Shown: piece by piece, positions 1 to 8,701 of the stretch
How positions within the stretch are numbered: the first letter of the stretch is position 1
How the letters are laid out: each line of letters starts with the position of its first letter
Sequence record: OR670491.1
Strand: one strand, 5' to 3'
Length of the DNA stretch: 64,000 nt
Notes under the pieces: generated by a model
Databases searched by the model: none
Told to the model about the DNA's origin: nothing
What the model saw: only the letters and a program-made list of their open reading frames with translations
Position numbers and translations under genes: made by a program

Positions 1-291
1 GTGTATGGTGGATGGGAAGCAAACAATTACTACACCGGATACAAAGAAAGCATTGATTTGAAAATTGAAAAACAAGTCAATGCTGCTTTGGATCAGATGC
101 AACAAGAATCGGCTAAAAGTTATATTGAAACTAAGCAAATCATGCAAGATAATGCTAAGGTCATTGAAACTAAAATACCTTACATCGTTGAACGTGAAGT
201 TTACTACAATGTATGTTTAGACCAAGATGGTGTGAATGTTCTTAAAGAACTAAAAGAAAATTCACGTAAAGCGAGGAATCAGTACAAATGA
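1..291 (+). CDS. i-spanin (Rz-like), 5'-truncated by window
   Basis: Helical periplasmic-type sequence ending VYYNVCLDQDGV, typical of Rz C-termini; ATGA overlap with a lipoprotein gene. Confidence 0.75.
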   Translation: MYGGWEANNYYTGYKESIDLKIEKQVNAALDQMQQESAKSYIETKQIMQDNAKVIETKIPYIVEREVYYNVCLDQDGVNVLKELKENSRKARNQYK

Positions 292-593
292 AATATATTC
301 TGATTTTATCATGTGCACTATTATTTGCTGGATGTGCTCAAAAAGTACAATTACCTGCTGACCGAGTAGTAAAGCAAGAGATTCTACTTGAGCGTTGTTC
401 GTTTGATACCCCACTCCCTGAACAAATTGTTGTTGACAAACACGGCAATTCAGGATACTCTGGTAAAGAAGTTTTGGATGTACTACGTAAATGGGATTCA
501 ATCTACAATGATTGTGCTCTAAAGCACGATGCATTAATTGACTTGATTCGTAAACTACAAGGTGAAAACATCACGGTCATTATTAAAGAGTAA
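288..593 (+). CDS. o-spanin lipoprotein (Rz1-like)
   Basis: Signal peptide with lipobox LFAG-C, further Cys residues, coupled to upstream i-spanin. Confidence 0.8.
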   Translation: MKYILILSCALLFAGCAQKVQLPADRVVKQEILLERCSFDTPLPEQIVVDKHGNSGYSGKEVLDVLRKWDSIYNDCALKHDALIDLIRKLQGENITVIIKE

Positions 594-603
594 GGACATT
601 TGA

Positions 604-1200
604 ATGAAGAAATATCAGGTTTACTATAAAACTAATTTAGATTTAATTCATAAACTATCTACTACTGGAGAAGGTACTAAGCGTTATACTTTCAATAAGG
701 TAACATTCAGATACTTCCCACAAAAAGTACTGACATTTGTTAAAAATTGCAAATGCATTGCTTGTGGTATCGAAGGAACCGAAGTTCGTATTGAACGTTC
801 TCACAGTAACGATCCAATTTATGGTAAACCTCATCTCAATGTCTATGCAGTGTGTGGATTGTATGAAGTACTCATGACCGTAGATCATAACCATCTGGCT
901 TCTAAAGGCGGGTCTGATTTAGAAAGTAATTTTAATACCATGTGCGTTCACTGTAATCAAATGCGTTCAAATAAAACTGAAACAGTTCAAGAATTTCTTG
1001 AAAATGTTAAAGGTCGAAATCTATTAGATGAACACATGAAACTTTTTTTCGATAAACAGGAAAAGAAAAAGAACCCTTCTAATAGAAAGCCAGAAACAAT
1101 CGCTTATGAAAAATGGTGGAATGAAGAACATTTATGGCATTACCGTGATTATCTTCGTAAATTGAAAAAAGAAGAAAAAGCTTTACTTAAACAAAAGTAG
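604..1200 (+). CDS. HNH endonuclease (Zn-binding)
   Basis: CxxC (CIAC) plus DHNHLASKGG...NFNTMCVHCN HNH motif. Confidence 0.8.
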   Translation: MKKYQVYYKTNLDLIHKLSTTGEGTKRYTFNKVTFRYFPQKVLTFVKNCKCIACGIEGTEVRIERSHSNDPIYGKPHLNVYAVCGLYEVLMTVDHNHLASKGGSDLESNFNTMCVHCNQMRSNKTETVQEFLENVKGRNLLDEHMKLFFDKQEKKKNPSNRKPETIAYEKWWNEEHLWHYRDYLRKLKKEEKALLKQK

Positions 1201-1210
1201 TATGTATAAT

Positions 1211-1238
1211 GGGACTTGAGAAATCAAGTCCTTTTTTT
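1211..1238 (+). terminator. Rho-independent terminator
   Basis: GGACTTGA-gaaa-TCAAGTCC then T7. Confidence 0.8.
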
Positions 1239-1251
1239 ATAGGTAAAATAT

Positions 1252-1608
1252 ATGAAAACTAAAATCTTTCTACCACAAACCATGATGGAACTGTGTGAAC
1301 ATGATGCAGGAGATGTAGTCACTATTAGTGGTTCCTGGATTGAGAGTACTGAAGACTTTATGCCAGATGAGGTTTATTCTGTTGTTTTAAATGAACAGTA
1401 CAATACAAGCCGTTGGAATGCACAGTACAATCTAGTTTTTCTTGACAAGAACAATGAAAAGTACTATCATTGTACGTATGAACGAGGTCTGACAGAACGT
1501 AACTACACAACTCCTTTCTGTGATGAAATGGATGGTGTAAAGTGCTATGAAGTTTCTGTTCGTCAGGTTCCAGTTGTTACTTACAAAACCGAGTGGGATT
1601 ATCTGTAA
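1252..1608 (+). CDS. hypothetical protein
   Basis: 118-aa ORF with AGGT SD. Confidence 0.7.
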   Translation: MKTKIFLPQTMMELCEHDAGDVVTISGSWIESTEDFMPDEVYSVVLNEQYNTSRWNAQYNLVFLDKNNEKYYHCTYERGLTERNYTTPFCDEMDGVKCYEVSVRQVPVVTYKTEWDYL

Positions 1609-2006
1609 TGCTTAAAGATTTAGATTTTTCAAATTTAGAGATCATCAGTGCAGTGAAGAACATTACTGATATGGATGATGAAAAAGGTGTAATGGTAACT
1701 ATCACTTTCGTAAAGGAAGAGGATAGCTATAAGCATCTTACTGGAATTGAAGAACTAATCCACAAGACCAATCTCGAAAACGATGGTAAGCTTATCAAGC
1801 TTCAGGCATCCTATTCCCAAAAAACGTCATTTTTTGTAGACCTAAATAATGTAGTCAAGGTGGTATACAATCATCCTGACAACAAATACAGAAGCACAAC
1901 ACGAAACGAAGAAGCAGCCATCGACACTAATATCAAAGATGATGTCGAATTTGTTAATACAGTTTTTGAGCGTTGTGCACCTGAATTGAAAAAAGTATAC
2001 TTATAG
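1608..2006 (+). CDS. hypothetical protein
   Basis: TAATG stop/start coupling at 1606-1610. Confidence 0.7.
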   Translation: MLKDLDFSNLEIISAVKNITDMDDEKGVMVTITFVKEEDSYKHLTGIEELIHKTNLENDGKLIKLQASYSQKTSFFVDLNNVVKVVYNHPDNKYRSTTRNEEAAIDTNIKDDVEFVNTVFERCAPELKKVYL

Positions 2007-2007
2007 T

Positions 2008-2037
2008 TTGGGAAATACTCCAGAAAAGTGCTATAAT
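2008..2037 (+). promoter_or_regulatory. extended -10 sigma70-type promoter for the non-coding unit
   Basis: TGc-TATAAT at 2029-2037; weak -35. Confidence 0.6.
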
Positions 2038-2042
2038 GTATA

Positions 2043-2565
2043 GTGAAAATGACAATGGGCGGTGTAAGCCGGATAACGAGAACCTAATTCTCTTGAAAAT
2101 GTAAAGGATAGATGAGCTTTACCATTGTAGCGATGAGCAAAAGAAACCCGTAAGAGTACTAGCAGCCATTCCAACAAGGCATAAGAACTACGAATCACGG
2201 CGAAGCGGCTCAATAAAGAACTCCGACAGCATAACAGAGAGTTCCTCGATAGACTTATAAGGATCGCACCTTACCAGATTTGCTAAGGGAGTTTAACTCA
2301 ATAAATGCGGTCGCAATTTTTCACAAGAAAGTTGCGTCCAAATTTTGAGTAAACAAGTACTACTTTGGTCGAATAGAGTTAGTACTTTGTGCTGGGGATG
2401 AAAAGACCAGTGACCGTTGCATATGACTGCGATAGAGAGAAACAGAGCAACCCGCTTTCGTTCTCTTAAATTAGACGAGAAAGATCCGTCTAAAATTTGA
2501 GAAATTCGCAATTCGACAATTCCGATGCCATCAGCGTCAAGAAGAGACTTAATTGTCTCTTTTTT
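2043..2565 (+). ncRNA. candidate large structured non-coding RNA (~520 nt), family unassigned
   Basis: No plus-strand ORF; promoter before, terminator after; about 10 helices found by eye; 41% GC by hand count (2041-2520) versus about 30% in the next gene start. Confidence 0.7.
2542..2565 (+). terminator. Rho-independent terminator closing the candidate ncRNA
   Basis: AAGAGAC-ttaatt-GTCTCTT then T-run. Confidence 0.8.
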
Positions 2566-2570
2566 ATTAC

Positions 2571-2709
2571 TTTCATTCCCCTGCGGGGGGATGAAATGTC
2601 CTCAACAAATCCCGTCAAGCTTTTAAAGTACAATATAAAGGAATGAATGAGTTTACGAAGTAAACGATATGAATTCTTGAGTTACGAAGGAACGAAGTGA
2701 ATGAGTAAC
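2571..2709. other. hairpin cluster with C-GAA-G mini-loops
   Basis: 11-bp hairpin 2571-2596; GTTTAC-gaa-GTAAAC 2651-2665; three ACGAAG hexamers. Confidence 0.5.
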
Positions 2710-3129
2710 ACAGCGAATATTTCAAATAAATCTGAATTCACACAAGAGTTGTTTAATGTGTTTTTCAAATATCAAATATTAGAAGAGAGTCAATGCTTTC
2801 AGCTTTATTACAAACAAGTCGGTAGTACATACAACAACTACAAAGAACCTAATTTTTATAAAGAAATTTTGGATTTTGCAGTTAATATAAGAAATAACAG
2901 ACCAATAGCAATACTGTTTTTTGACAGATCTATTCCAGTAGAAGTACCTAATCACATTTACTTCATTGAACCAGAAGATTTATCTTCAAAGAATCAATTA
3001 GATTACTTAAGGAATTGTATACTGATAGTATGTGATGAAGTGAAGTATAACCGTCAGTTGAGATGGGATATACGTCATCAAAGAGTACTCAGGGACATGA
3101 ATCCCGAATTAGCCTTTATAATTAACTAA
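2701..3129 (+). CDS. hypothetical protein
   Basis: 142-aa ORF. Confidence 0.65.
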   Translation: MSNTANISNKSEFTQELFNVFFKYQILEESQCFQLYYKQVGSTYNNYKEPNFYKEILDFAVNIRNNRPIAILFFDRSIPVEVPNHIYFIEPEDLSSKNQLDYLRNCILIVCDEVKYNRQLRWDIRHQRVLRDMNPELAFIIN

Positions 3130-3160
3130 ATATCATAGAAGAACTCTAAGGAGAGATTTT

Positions 3161-3601
3161 ATGGAAAATATTGAAAATTTAAGACATGTAATGGACTTCA
3201 TTGGAAGTACTGAAGAAGATAGTGCATACGATGAAGTACTACTTACTTTTATTGAAAATAGTTTATTTCTATCTAGTTTAGCTCATAGTTGGCATTTACA
3301 ATGTCATTTCTATACTAAGCACTTACAGTTAGATGAACTATATAAAGACTTACCAGAGTACGTTGATGCATTCGTAGAAGGTATTATGAATAATCGCGGT
3401 GCTTTGCAGGTTGGTACTGGACATAGTTACAAATTCACCCCAGTGGAAGAATGTGTTCCTATTCTTGAAGAATATGTTGAGCAATGCAAAGCAATTCATG
3501 CTATGCTTACTGAAGCTGAAGACTATGGCAGTACTAACACACTAGAAGATATTATGAGTTTTGTTGAAGGAATGCTTTACAAACTCAAAGTTTTACAATA
3601 A
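3161..3601 (+). CDS. Dps/ferritin-like four-helix protein
   Basis: HSWHLQ...KHLQLDELY...DAFVE resembles the Dps ferroxidase helix pattern. Confidence 0.6.
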   Translation: MENIENLRHVMDFIGSTEEDSAYDEVLLTFIENSLFLSSLAHSWHLQCHFYTKHLQLDELYKDLPEYVDAFVEGIMNNRGALQVGTGHSYKFTPVEECVPILEEYVEQCKAIHAMLTEAEDYGSTNTLEDIMSFVEGMLYKLKVLQ

Positions 3602-3608
3602 AATATAC

Positions 3609-3639
3609 GGAGAGTCCATAACGGATTCTCCTTTCTTTT
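3609..3639 (+). terminator. Rho-independent terminator
   Basis: GGAGAGTCC-ataac-GGATTCTCC then T-rich. Confidence 0.7.
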
Positions 3640-3650
3640 GGAGAAAATTA

Positions 3651-4004
3651 ATGAGTGAATACCGAGTAACAACTGGCCTAATGGCACGTTTAGTAGAAGC
3701 TGTACCTGAAGATGATTATGAATCTGTTTCTGACCGTCTATTCGAAGCTGACTCTGGCCTTCATATTACATATGATGGTTCATTAATTTTCAGTACTGAT
3801 GTTGATGTTCCTGCATATGAATTTGATATTTCAATTGGTACTAAACTAAGCAAAACTGCATTTATTGAAAAGTGCTTACGTGAAGGTTTTTGTGTTGATG
3901 AAAATTCAATTGAACCATATGTATCAGTATGGTGTGATAATGCTGATAGTCCAATGTCAACTACAACAATTGGTGATTTTCTAAATGCAAATCAAAAAGA
4001 TTAA
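3651..4004 (+). CDS. hypothetical acidic protein
   Basis: ATG 3651 with GGAG SD; ORF-track start 3561 overlaps the upstream gene and terminator. Confidence 0.7.
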   Translation: MSEYRVTTGLMARLVEAVPEDDYESVSDRLFEADSGLHITYDGSLIFSTDVDVPAYEFDISIGTKLSKTAFIEKCLREGFCVDENSIEPYVSVWCDNADSPMSTTTIGDFLNANQKD

Positions 4005-4377
4005 ATTCCATCAGCATTCTTCCTATCATGATTGTGATGACTGTGGGATGATGATAAGTGATATTTACACTGTTTCATGTAAAGGGTTTACATTCACTCA
4101 TGGTGAACCTGCTTATTGCTACGGCAATGAAGAAGGGGATATCGAAATAGTACTAAAAGAGTTGTTTCAGTACTTGCAAAGCGAAGGTCATGATGTTACA
4201 ATGCCCACATATTATGAAGATGATTATGAATCACATGTAGAAGAAAATACATATTATAATCAATTCGTACATGGTAATGGTTTTATTACATACCTTCATG
4301 AGAATGGTATTGAGGTAAAAACCAAGTTCACCAGTGATGACTACGATAGTGATGATTCTATGGAGATTGAAGAATGA
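3985..4377 (+). CDS. hypothetical protein, possible Zn ligand (HDCDDC)
   Basis: 130-aa ORF, CxxC near N-terminus. Confidence 0.65.
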   Translation: MQIKKIKFHQHSSYHDCDDCGMMISDIYTVSCKGFTFTHGEPAYCYGNEEGDIEIVLKELFQYLQSEGHDVTMPTYYEDDYESHVEENTYYNQFVHGNGFITYLHENGIEVKTKFTSDDYDSDDSMEIEE

Positions 4378-4943
4378 AGGCCAAAGATTTAGCGGCATTA
4401 CTGATGCAGAATCCTGAAATGGAAGTGTATCATGAAAATTGGCACAGTGATGATATGTGCGAGGTATATTATTCCCCAGAAACAATTGATGGGATTGAAA
4501 TTACTCCCAGTGGTGTATTCATCAAGACTGCAAGTGTTGATTTCAATGACAGTCGTGAAATTAAACTCCCGTGTGATAAACCAATCATTGGAACAATTGA
4601 CCTAGTATTCCACCAGGAACGTCAGATTGATACTGAAAATGAAGATGGTGAACAGGTTGCTGATGTTGCCAATGTCATTTTCCCTTTTTACTATTCTGAT
4701 TCACAACCAATGCACGGTAATGATTTCTTCCGTGAACTTTTGGAAGATGGTGAGGTATATGGTCGTGATGGAAATGTATTTGCACTTGATGAGAACTACG
4801 AACCAGACCACAACACTTGGCAGTTCTATACACCAGAAGATGTTATGGAAGTAAAAGTACTAACATCATTTGACGAACAGTGGAATGTACAGTATACTTC
4901 AATGAAGTTTGAAGAAGCTAAAAAATACTTTGAAACCAAATAA
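4374..4943 (+). CDS. hypothetical protein
   Basis: ATGA coupling, 189 aa. Confidence 0.7.
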   Translation: MKAKDLAALLMQNPEMEVYHENWHSDDMCEVYYSPETIDGIEITPSGVFIKTASVDFNDSREIKLPCDKPIIGTIDLVFHQERQIDTENEDGEQVADVANVIFPFYYSDSQPMHGNDFFRELLEDGEVYGRDGNVFALDENYEPDHNTWQFYTPEDVMEVKVLTSFDEQWNVQYTSMKFEEAKKYFETK

Positions 4944-4968
4944 GATTATCAAATAAGGATCTAATAAT

Positions 4969-5253
4969 ATGAAAATTGTTGCAAGTGCGTGGATGGGATT
5001 TGAGGATAAAACTACTGGTTACGAATCTAGCCTAATCGTTGAAAGTACTGAAGAATTAAAACGATTTAAAGCTGAAACCGATGATGATGTATTTGATATT
5101 GTATACACTTATCATCTCATCCCTAACGATACCGACTATGACAAATATTATTATGATCCAGACAGCCTCATGGAGCTAGTGTCTTGTACTGAAAATGAAG
5201 TAAATGAGACAACGGCACTACTAATGTTGAGTACTGTCCCAGCAAAGGGGTAG
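4969..5253 (+). CDS. hypothetical protein
   Basis: 94 aa, AAGGA SD. Confidence 0.7.
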   Translation: MKIVASAWMGFEDKTTGYESSLIVESTEELKRFKAETDDDVFDIVYTYHLIPNDTDYDKYYYDPDSLMELVSCTENEVNETTALLMLSTVPAKG

Positions 5254-5256
5254 TTT

Positions 5257-5742
5257 ATGTATACACTTATTTTCTTACGTGAGCCAGACGGTGACAGTAC
5301 TGATGGTGTTGTTGAATTTCATGGTGCTGACTCCATTGTTGCAGTAGAACGACTTATCAAAGCTGTTGTTCGTAGGCAGGTTCTTCTTGAACGTACTAAC
5401 AAAGGAAAATACACTTATGGTGAATGTGGCTTTGTACTGCTGAAAAATGGCGAATTAGTTGATGAATACAATAGTTCTTTTTCAAACATGTATTCTGATT
5501 TTGAATGTATTTCTCAATCTAAAGAAAAATACAGCATAAACAAAGTTGTGCAACAAATTTCCAGACTTCTATCAAGACAAACAAGTTTTATCAATGACCA
5601 GAAAACTGATGAGCGATTCGTATCAAATTCATTAAAACCTTTGTATGAACGTTTGGAAAAAGAAAATATGGAGCGTAAACGTCTAAAAGAATTGATGGAA
5701 AAGTATCCTGATATGGTGAAAGAATATGGCAAAGAGATCTAA
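5257..5742 (+). CDS. hypothetical protein
   Basis: 161-aa ORF in operon. Confidence 0.7.
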   Translation: MYTLIFLREPDGDSTDGVVEFHGADSIVAVERLIKAVVRRQVLLERTNKGKYTYGECGFVLLKNGELVDEYNSSFSNMYSDFECISQSKEKYSINKVVQQISRLLSRQTSFINDQKTDERFVSNSLKPLYERLEKENMERKRLKELMEKYPDMVKEYGKEI

Positions 5743-6046
5743 TTTATCATATGAAGCATGTGAAACATACATGACCAAAGATGGAAAGGAACATCGAGGG
5801 GTTAAGCCAGAGTACGTAGTGCTACGTGAAGTTCTGTTGAATGAAAGTTACGGCAGCAATCGCCGTAACAAGATCTTAGATTTACTAAGAAGCGGAATTG
5901 AAATTGCAGTAAATCGCAAGTACTCTGTCCAGACGAAAGATGATCCAGATATCAAGAAATTGATTAAGGACGGTAAAATTGAAATGTTCAATGTAGCTAC
6001 TGGTCCGAAATCAAAATGCACATACTTAAGGATTAAGAATGGGTAA
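5726..6046 (+). CDS. hypothetical basic protein
   Basis: 106-aa ORF in operon. Confidence 0.65.
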   Translation: MAKRSNLSYEACETYMTKDGKEHRGVKPEYVVLREVLLNESYGSNRRNKILDLLRSGIEIAVNRKYSVQTKDDPDIKKLIKDGKIEMFNVATGPKSKCTYLRIKNG

Positions 6047-6620
6047 ACTAATATATTACTATGGGAGTATGAGTTCAGGTAAAAGTACTAACTTATTACA
6101 AACAGCATACAACCATAAAAAGAATGGAATGGAAGTGGTTTATCTCACCAGTGCATTAGATGACCGATACGGGGTTGGTACGATTAAATCCAGAATTGGC
6201 ATCGAAGCCCAGGCAGAGATTATCCCAAAAGATGACAGTACTTTATTATTGGACATTAAGAAACGTCTTGAGAAGAACTTAGATATTAACAGTATCTATG
6301 TTGATGAATGCCAGTTCCTGAATAAAGAACAAGTTGATATTCTTTCTGAAATTGCAGATGAATACAATGTTGACGTTTACTGTTATGGTATTCGTACTGA
6401 TTTCGAAACAAATCTTTTTGATGGTTCACGACGTTTGTTCGAAATTGCAGATGAAATCCATCAGCTACATAATGTGTGTGAAAACCAAAAATGTGGTCAC
6501 CCAGCAACAATGAACGTCCGCATAGCAAACAGTACTGATAAAGTTTTCATTGGTGGTGATGAATCATATAAAAGTATGTGCAGAAAATGCTATAAAGAAT
6601 ACATGAGGAAAAAGAAATGA
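6039..6620 (+). CDS. tk: thymidine kinase
   Basis: GSMSSGKS P-loop, VDECQF, YGIRTDF, C-terminal Zn Cys pairs. Confidence 0.97.
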   Translation: MGKLIYYYGSMSSGKSTNLLQTAYNHKKNGMEVVYLTSALDDRYGVGTIKSRIGIEAQAEIIPKDDSTLLLDIKKRLEKNLDINSIYVDECQFLNKEQVDILSEIADEYNVDVYCYGIRTDFETNLFDGSRRLFEIADEIHQLHNVCENQKCGHPATMNVRIANSTDKVFIGGDESYKSMCRKCYKEYMRKKK

Positions 6621-6841
6621 TTGATAACTTTCTAAAATCTATTACTCAAAGAGTATTTGGTGCTTTACTGGATAGTATCAAATTAGTATTCAGTACTGTC
6701 TATATGCTTATTATTGTATGTCTATTTTCTTTAGTACTGCATTTTGTACCAACATGGCTAGTTATTACTGCTATTATTGTATTCCTGGCATTTGGTGTTT
6801 ATGGAACATACCTGGCAGAACTTGAAGATTCAGACGTGTAA
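6617..6841 (+). CDS. small membrane protein (2 TM)
   Basis: Two hydrophobic segments. Confidence 0.65.
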   Translation: MIDNFLKSITQRVFGALLDSIKLVFSTVYMLIIVCLFSLVLHFVPTWLVITAIIVFLAFGVYGTYLAELEDSDV

Positions 6842-6846
6842 CACAT

Positions 6847-6871
6847 TAGACCCTTTATGGGTCTATTTTTT
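6847..6871 (+). terminator. Rho-independent terminator
   Basis: TAGACCC-tttat-GGGTCTA then T6. Confidence 0.8.
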
Positions 6872-6882
6872 AAGGAAAATAC

Positions 6883-7362
6883 ATGGAACCTATCTTTGGT
6901 GCATTGAAGCGTTTTGTAGATATTATATCTCATACTAACGTTCTCTATAATGACAATGACAGTACTGTAAAAATGATGGAAGTACTGGGATACACAGACG
7001 TACAAAGTGTGTATTATGACGGTATCATGGTCAGAGGTATCGAAGGAGATTGTCGATTATCTTACATGGGTATGATTGACACCTTTGTTGTACAGAAAGG
7101 AAAGATTGAAATTGTCCTTGAAGTACGTTATACAGGTTCATCAAACACAATATATTACAATTGTACCCGTACTGATTGTGCATATGAAACAGACTTTGAC
7201 CAGCAAACGACTATGCAATCCAGACCAATCGATTACCCTGATGATTCTTTTGTGCAAATTCATAAGGATTTATTTGATTTATGTGCTACAATGTCAGAGA
7301 GTGAAGACGTATATTACTTCCCAATCATCACAGTAAGAGAGAATGGTAATGCGATGGCGTAA
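6883..7362 (+). CDS. hypothetical protein (paralogous family member)
   Basis: 159 aa; C-terminal PIDYPDDSFVQ similar to 10705 and 11098 ORFs. Confidence 0.65.
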   Translation: MEPIFGALKRFVDIISHTNVLYNDNDSTVKMMEVLGYTDVQSVYYDGIMVRGIEGDCRLSYMGMIDTFVVQKGKIEIVLEVRYTGSSNTIYYNCTRTDCAYETDFDQQTTMQSRPIDYPDDSFVQIHKDLFDLCATMSESEDVYYFPIITVRENGNAMA

Positions 7363-7747
7363 ACATAAAGTGAAACAGCTTGAAAAAATTGTCAAGAAGT
7401 TTTATAGCAAAAAAAGTGATCCAATGATGGTTATGCTACGTGACAGTATAGGGGTACGAAAGTATCCTGAATGCTTAACCAACTCTATTGGTCGCATGAA
7501 CAATCGATACTACGTTAATGATTATGCAAGTGCCGAAACCTCTTTTTTCGGAAATCGTGTATCTGTACCATCATACGTTCATTCAAAAGTGAAGCGAAGC
7601 CGTGTTCAAGGTGTTCTGCATGGTTATTTGCTGATTACGATGGAAGAATTAAACAAAGAGTTAGGTACTAACTACACCCAAGGCTGCATAGACAATATCA
7701 AGTTCATAAAAGATTTGGACGAAGAGTTAGATGATGATACAATGTAA
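7343..7747 (+). CDS. hypothetical protein
   Basis: 134-aa ORF. Confidence 0.65.
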   Translation: MVMRWRKHKVKQLEKIVKKFYSKKSDPMMVMLRDSIGVRKYPECLTNSIGRMNNRYYVNDYASAETSFFGNRVSVPSYVHSKVKRSRVQGVLHGYLLITMEELNKELGTNYTQGCIDNIKFIKDLDEELDDDTM

Positions 7748-7777
7748 ATTGTACAACTGGAAAAAGGAAAATGAATA

Positions 7778-7909
7778 ATGAACGGATTAAAGAAGTTTGG
7801 AACTGACGTTCTTAAGTGCATTCGATACACTTATGACGCTAATCCAGAAATGACTGCAATTGTGGGTGTTTTCATTGCACTCGTTGTTTTATCTTGTATT
7901 ATGGTGTAA
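7778..7909 (+). CDS. small membrane protein (43 aa, not in ORF track)
   Basis: AAGGAAA SD; MNGLKKFGTDVLKCIRYTYDANPEMTAIVGVFIALVVLSCIMV fills the gap. Confidence 0.65.
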   Translation: MNGLKKFGTDVLKCIRYTYDANPEMTAIVGVFIALVVLSCIMV

Positions 7910-7912
7910 AAT

Positions 7913-8116
7913 ATGATTGAAATTAATGCTGATGTATATTGTAGTGCTGCACCAAATTACTTCATTTATGCACTAAGTACTTTTGGTGATACAGAAGGTG
8001 AAACTTTTGTTTTAGTAGATAATACTACATGGTACAAAACAAGTAATAAAATTCCGAAAGATGTTTTGGAAACTTATGTTCGTATTGAAAATAAAAACAT
8101 ATATGTAAATTTATAG
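7913..8116 (+). CDS. hypothetical protein
   Basis: 67-aa ORF. Confidence 0.6.
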   Translation: MIEINADVYCSAAPNYFIYALSTFGDTEGETFVLVDNTTWYKTSNKIPKDVLETYVRIENKNIYVNL

Positions 8117-8123
8117 GTAAAAT

Positions 8124-8534
8124 ATGATTGAAATGGAAGGAACTCTGGTGTATGATCCAGATCGTGGCACTATGAAAAAGAAGAAGGACTTCTGGTTAGT
8201 ACTGCAACTTCCATTACAGTTGGTTCGATACTACCAGTACTTCATCAGAACTGACTTACATATTGATATTAAAGACCCACAATGGGGAGCACATGTCAGT
8301 ATCGTTCGTGGTGAAGTGCCACCAAATCCAGAGTACTGGAAAAAGTACGATGGTATGAAAGTTAAGATTAAGTTCGAACCTTTCATCGAAGAAGTAAAAG
8401 ACAATAAGAAACCTGGGTCATTCTTTATCATAGAGTTTGAAGATGATTTCATTGCACAAATTCGTGATGAACTTGGTTTAGCATCTAAATATTTCAAATA
8501 TCACATCACCATTGGTAGAACATACTACGATTAA
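8124..8534 (+). CDS. 2H phosphoesterase superfamily protein
   Basis: Two Hx(S/T) motifs: AHVSIV and YHITIG. Confidence 0.7.
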   Translation: MIEMEGTLVYDPDRGTMKKKKDFWLVLQLPLQLVRYYQYFIRTDLHIDIKDPQWGAHVSIVRGEVPPNPEYWKKYDGMKVKIKFEPFIEEVKDNKKPGSFFIIEFEDDFIAQIRDELGLASKYFKYHITIGRTYYD

Positions 8535-8557
8535 TGTGGTTATTTGGTAAATAGGTC

Positions 8558-8585
8558 TTGATATAACTAAAAAGTATGCTATACT
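8558..8585 (+). promoter_or_regulatory. sigma70-type promoter
   Basis: TTGATA-16 nt-TATACT with TG extension. Confidence 0.65.
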
Positions 8586-8701
8586 ACTTAAATGTTCCAA
8601 AGAACAACTGAGTACTGTAGAAAGTCCAATGAGGCTTTTGCAAATGGCCTCTTTGCCCTCTTTGTGATTGCTCATTGTTAACAACCAACAAAGGAGGCGT
8701 T

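Noticed and set aside
2057-2080. Minus-strand ATCCGGCTTACA resembles the RNase P RNA 3' conserved region
   Set aside because: No matching GAGGAAAGTCC 5' element; promoter and terminator point to the plus strand
2220-2235. CGACAGCA in the candidate RNA resembles the NUDIX shift site (CGGACAGCA), hinting at a guide RNA
   Set aside because: Same-sense rather than complementary, short, and no match to the other three sites
2031-2511. Minus-strand ORFs 2031-2213 and 2293-2511
   Set aside because: Short, atypical composition, no SD; better explained as by-products of a higher-GC RNA gene
2043-2565. Group I/II intron or tmRNA as identity of the structured region
   Set aside because: No P/Q/R/S or domain V motifs, no interrupted flanking gene, no tRNA-like ends or tag ORF recognised
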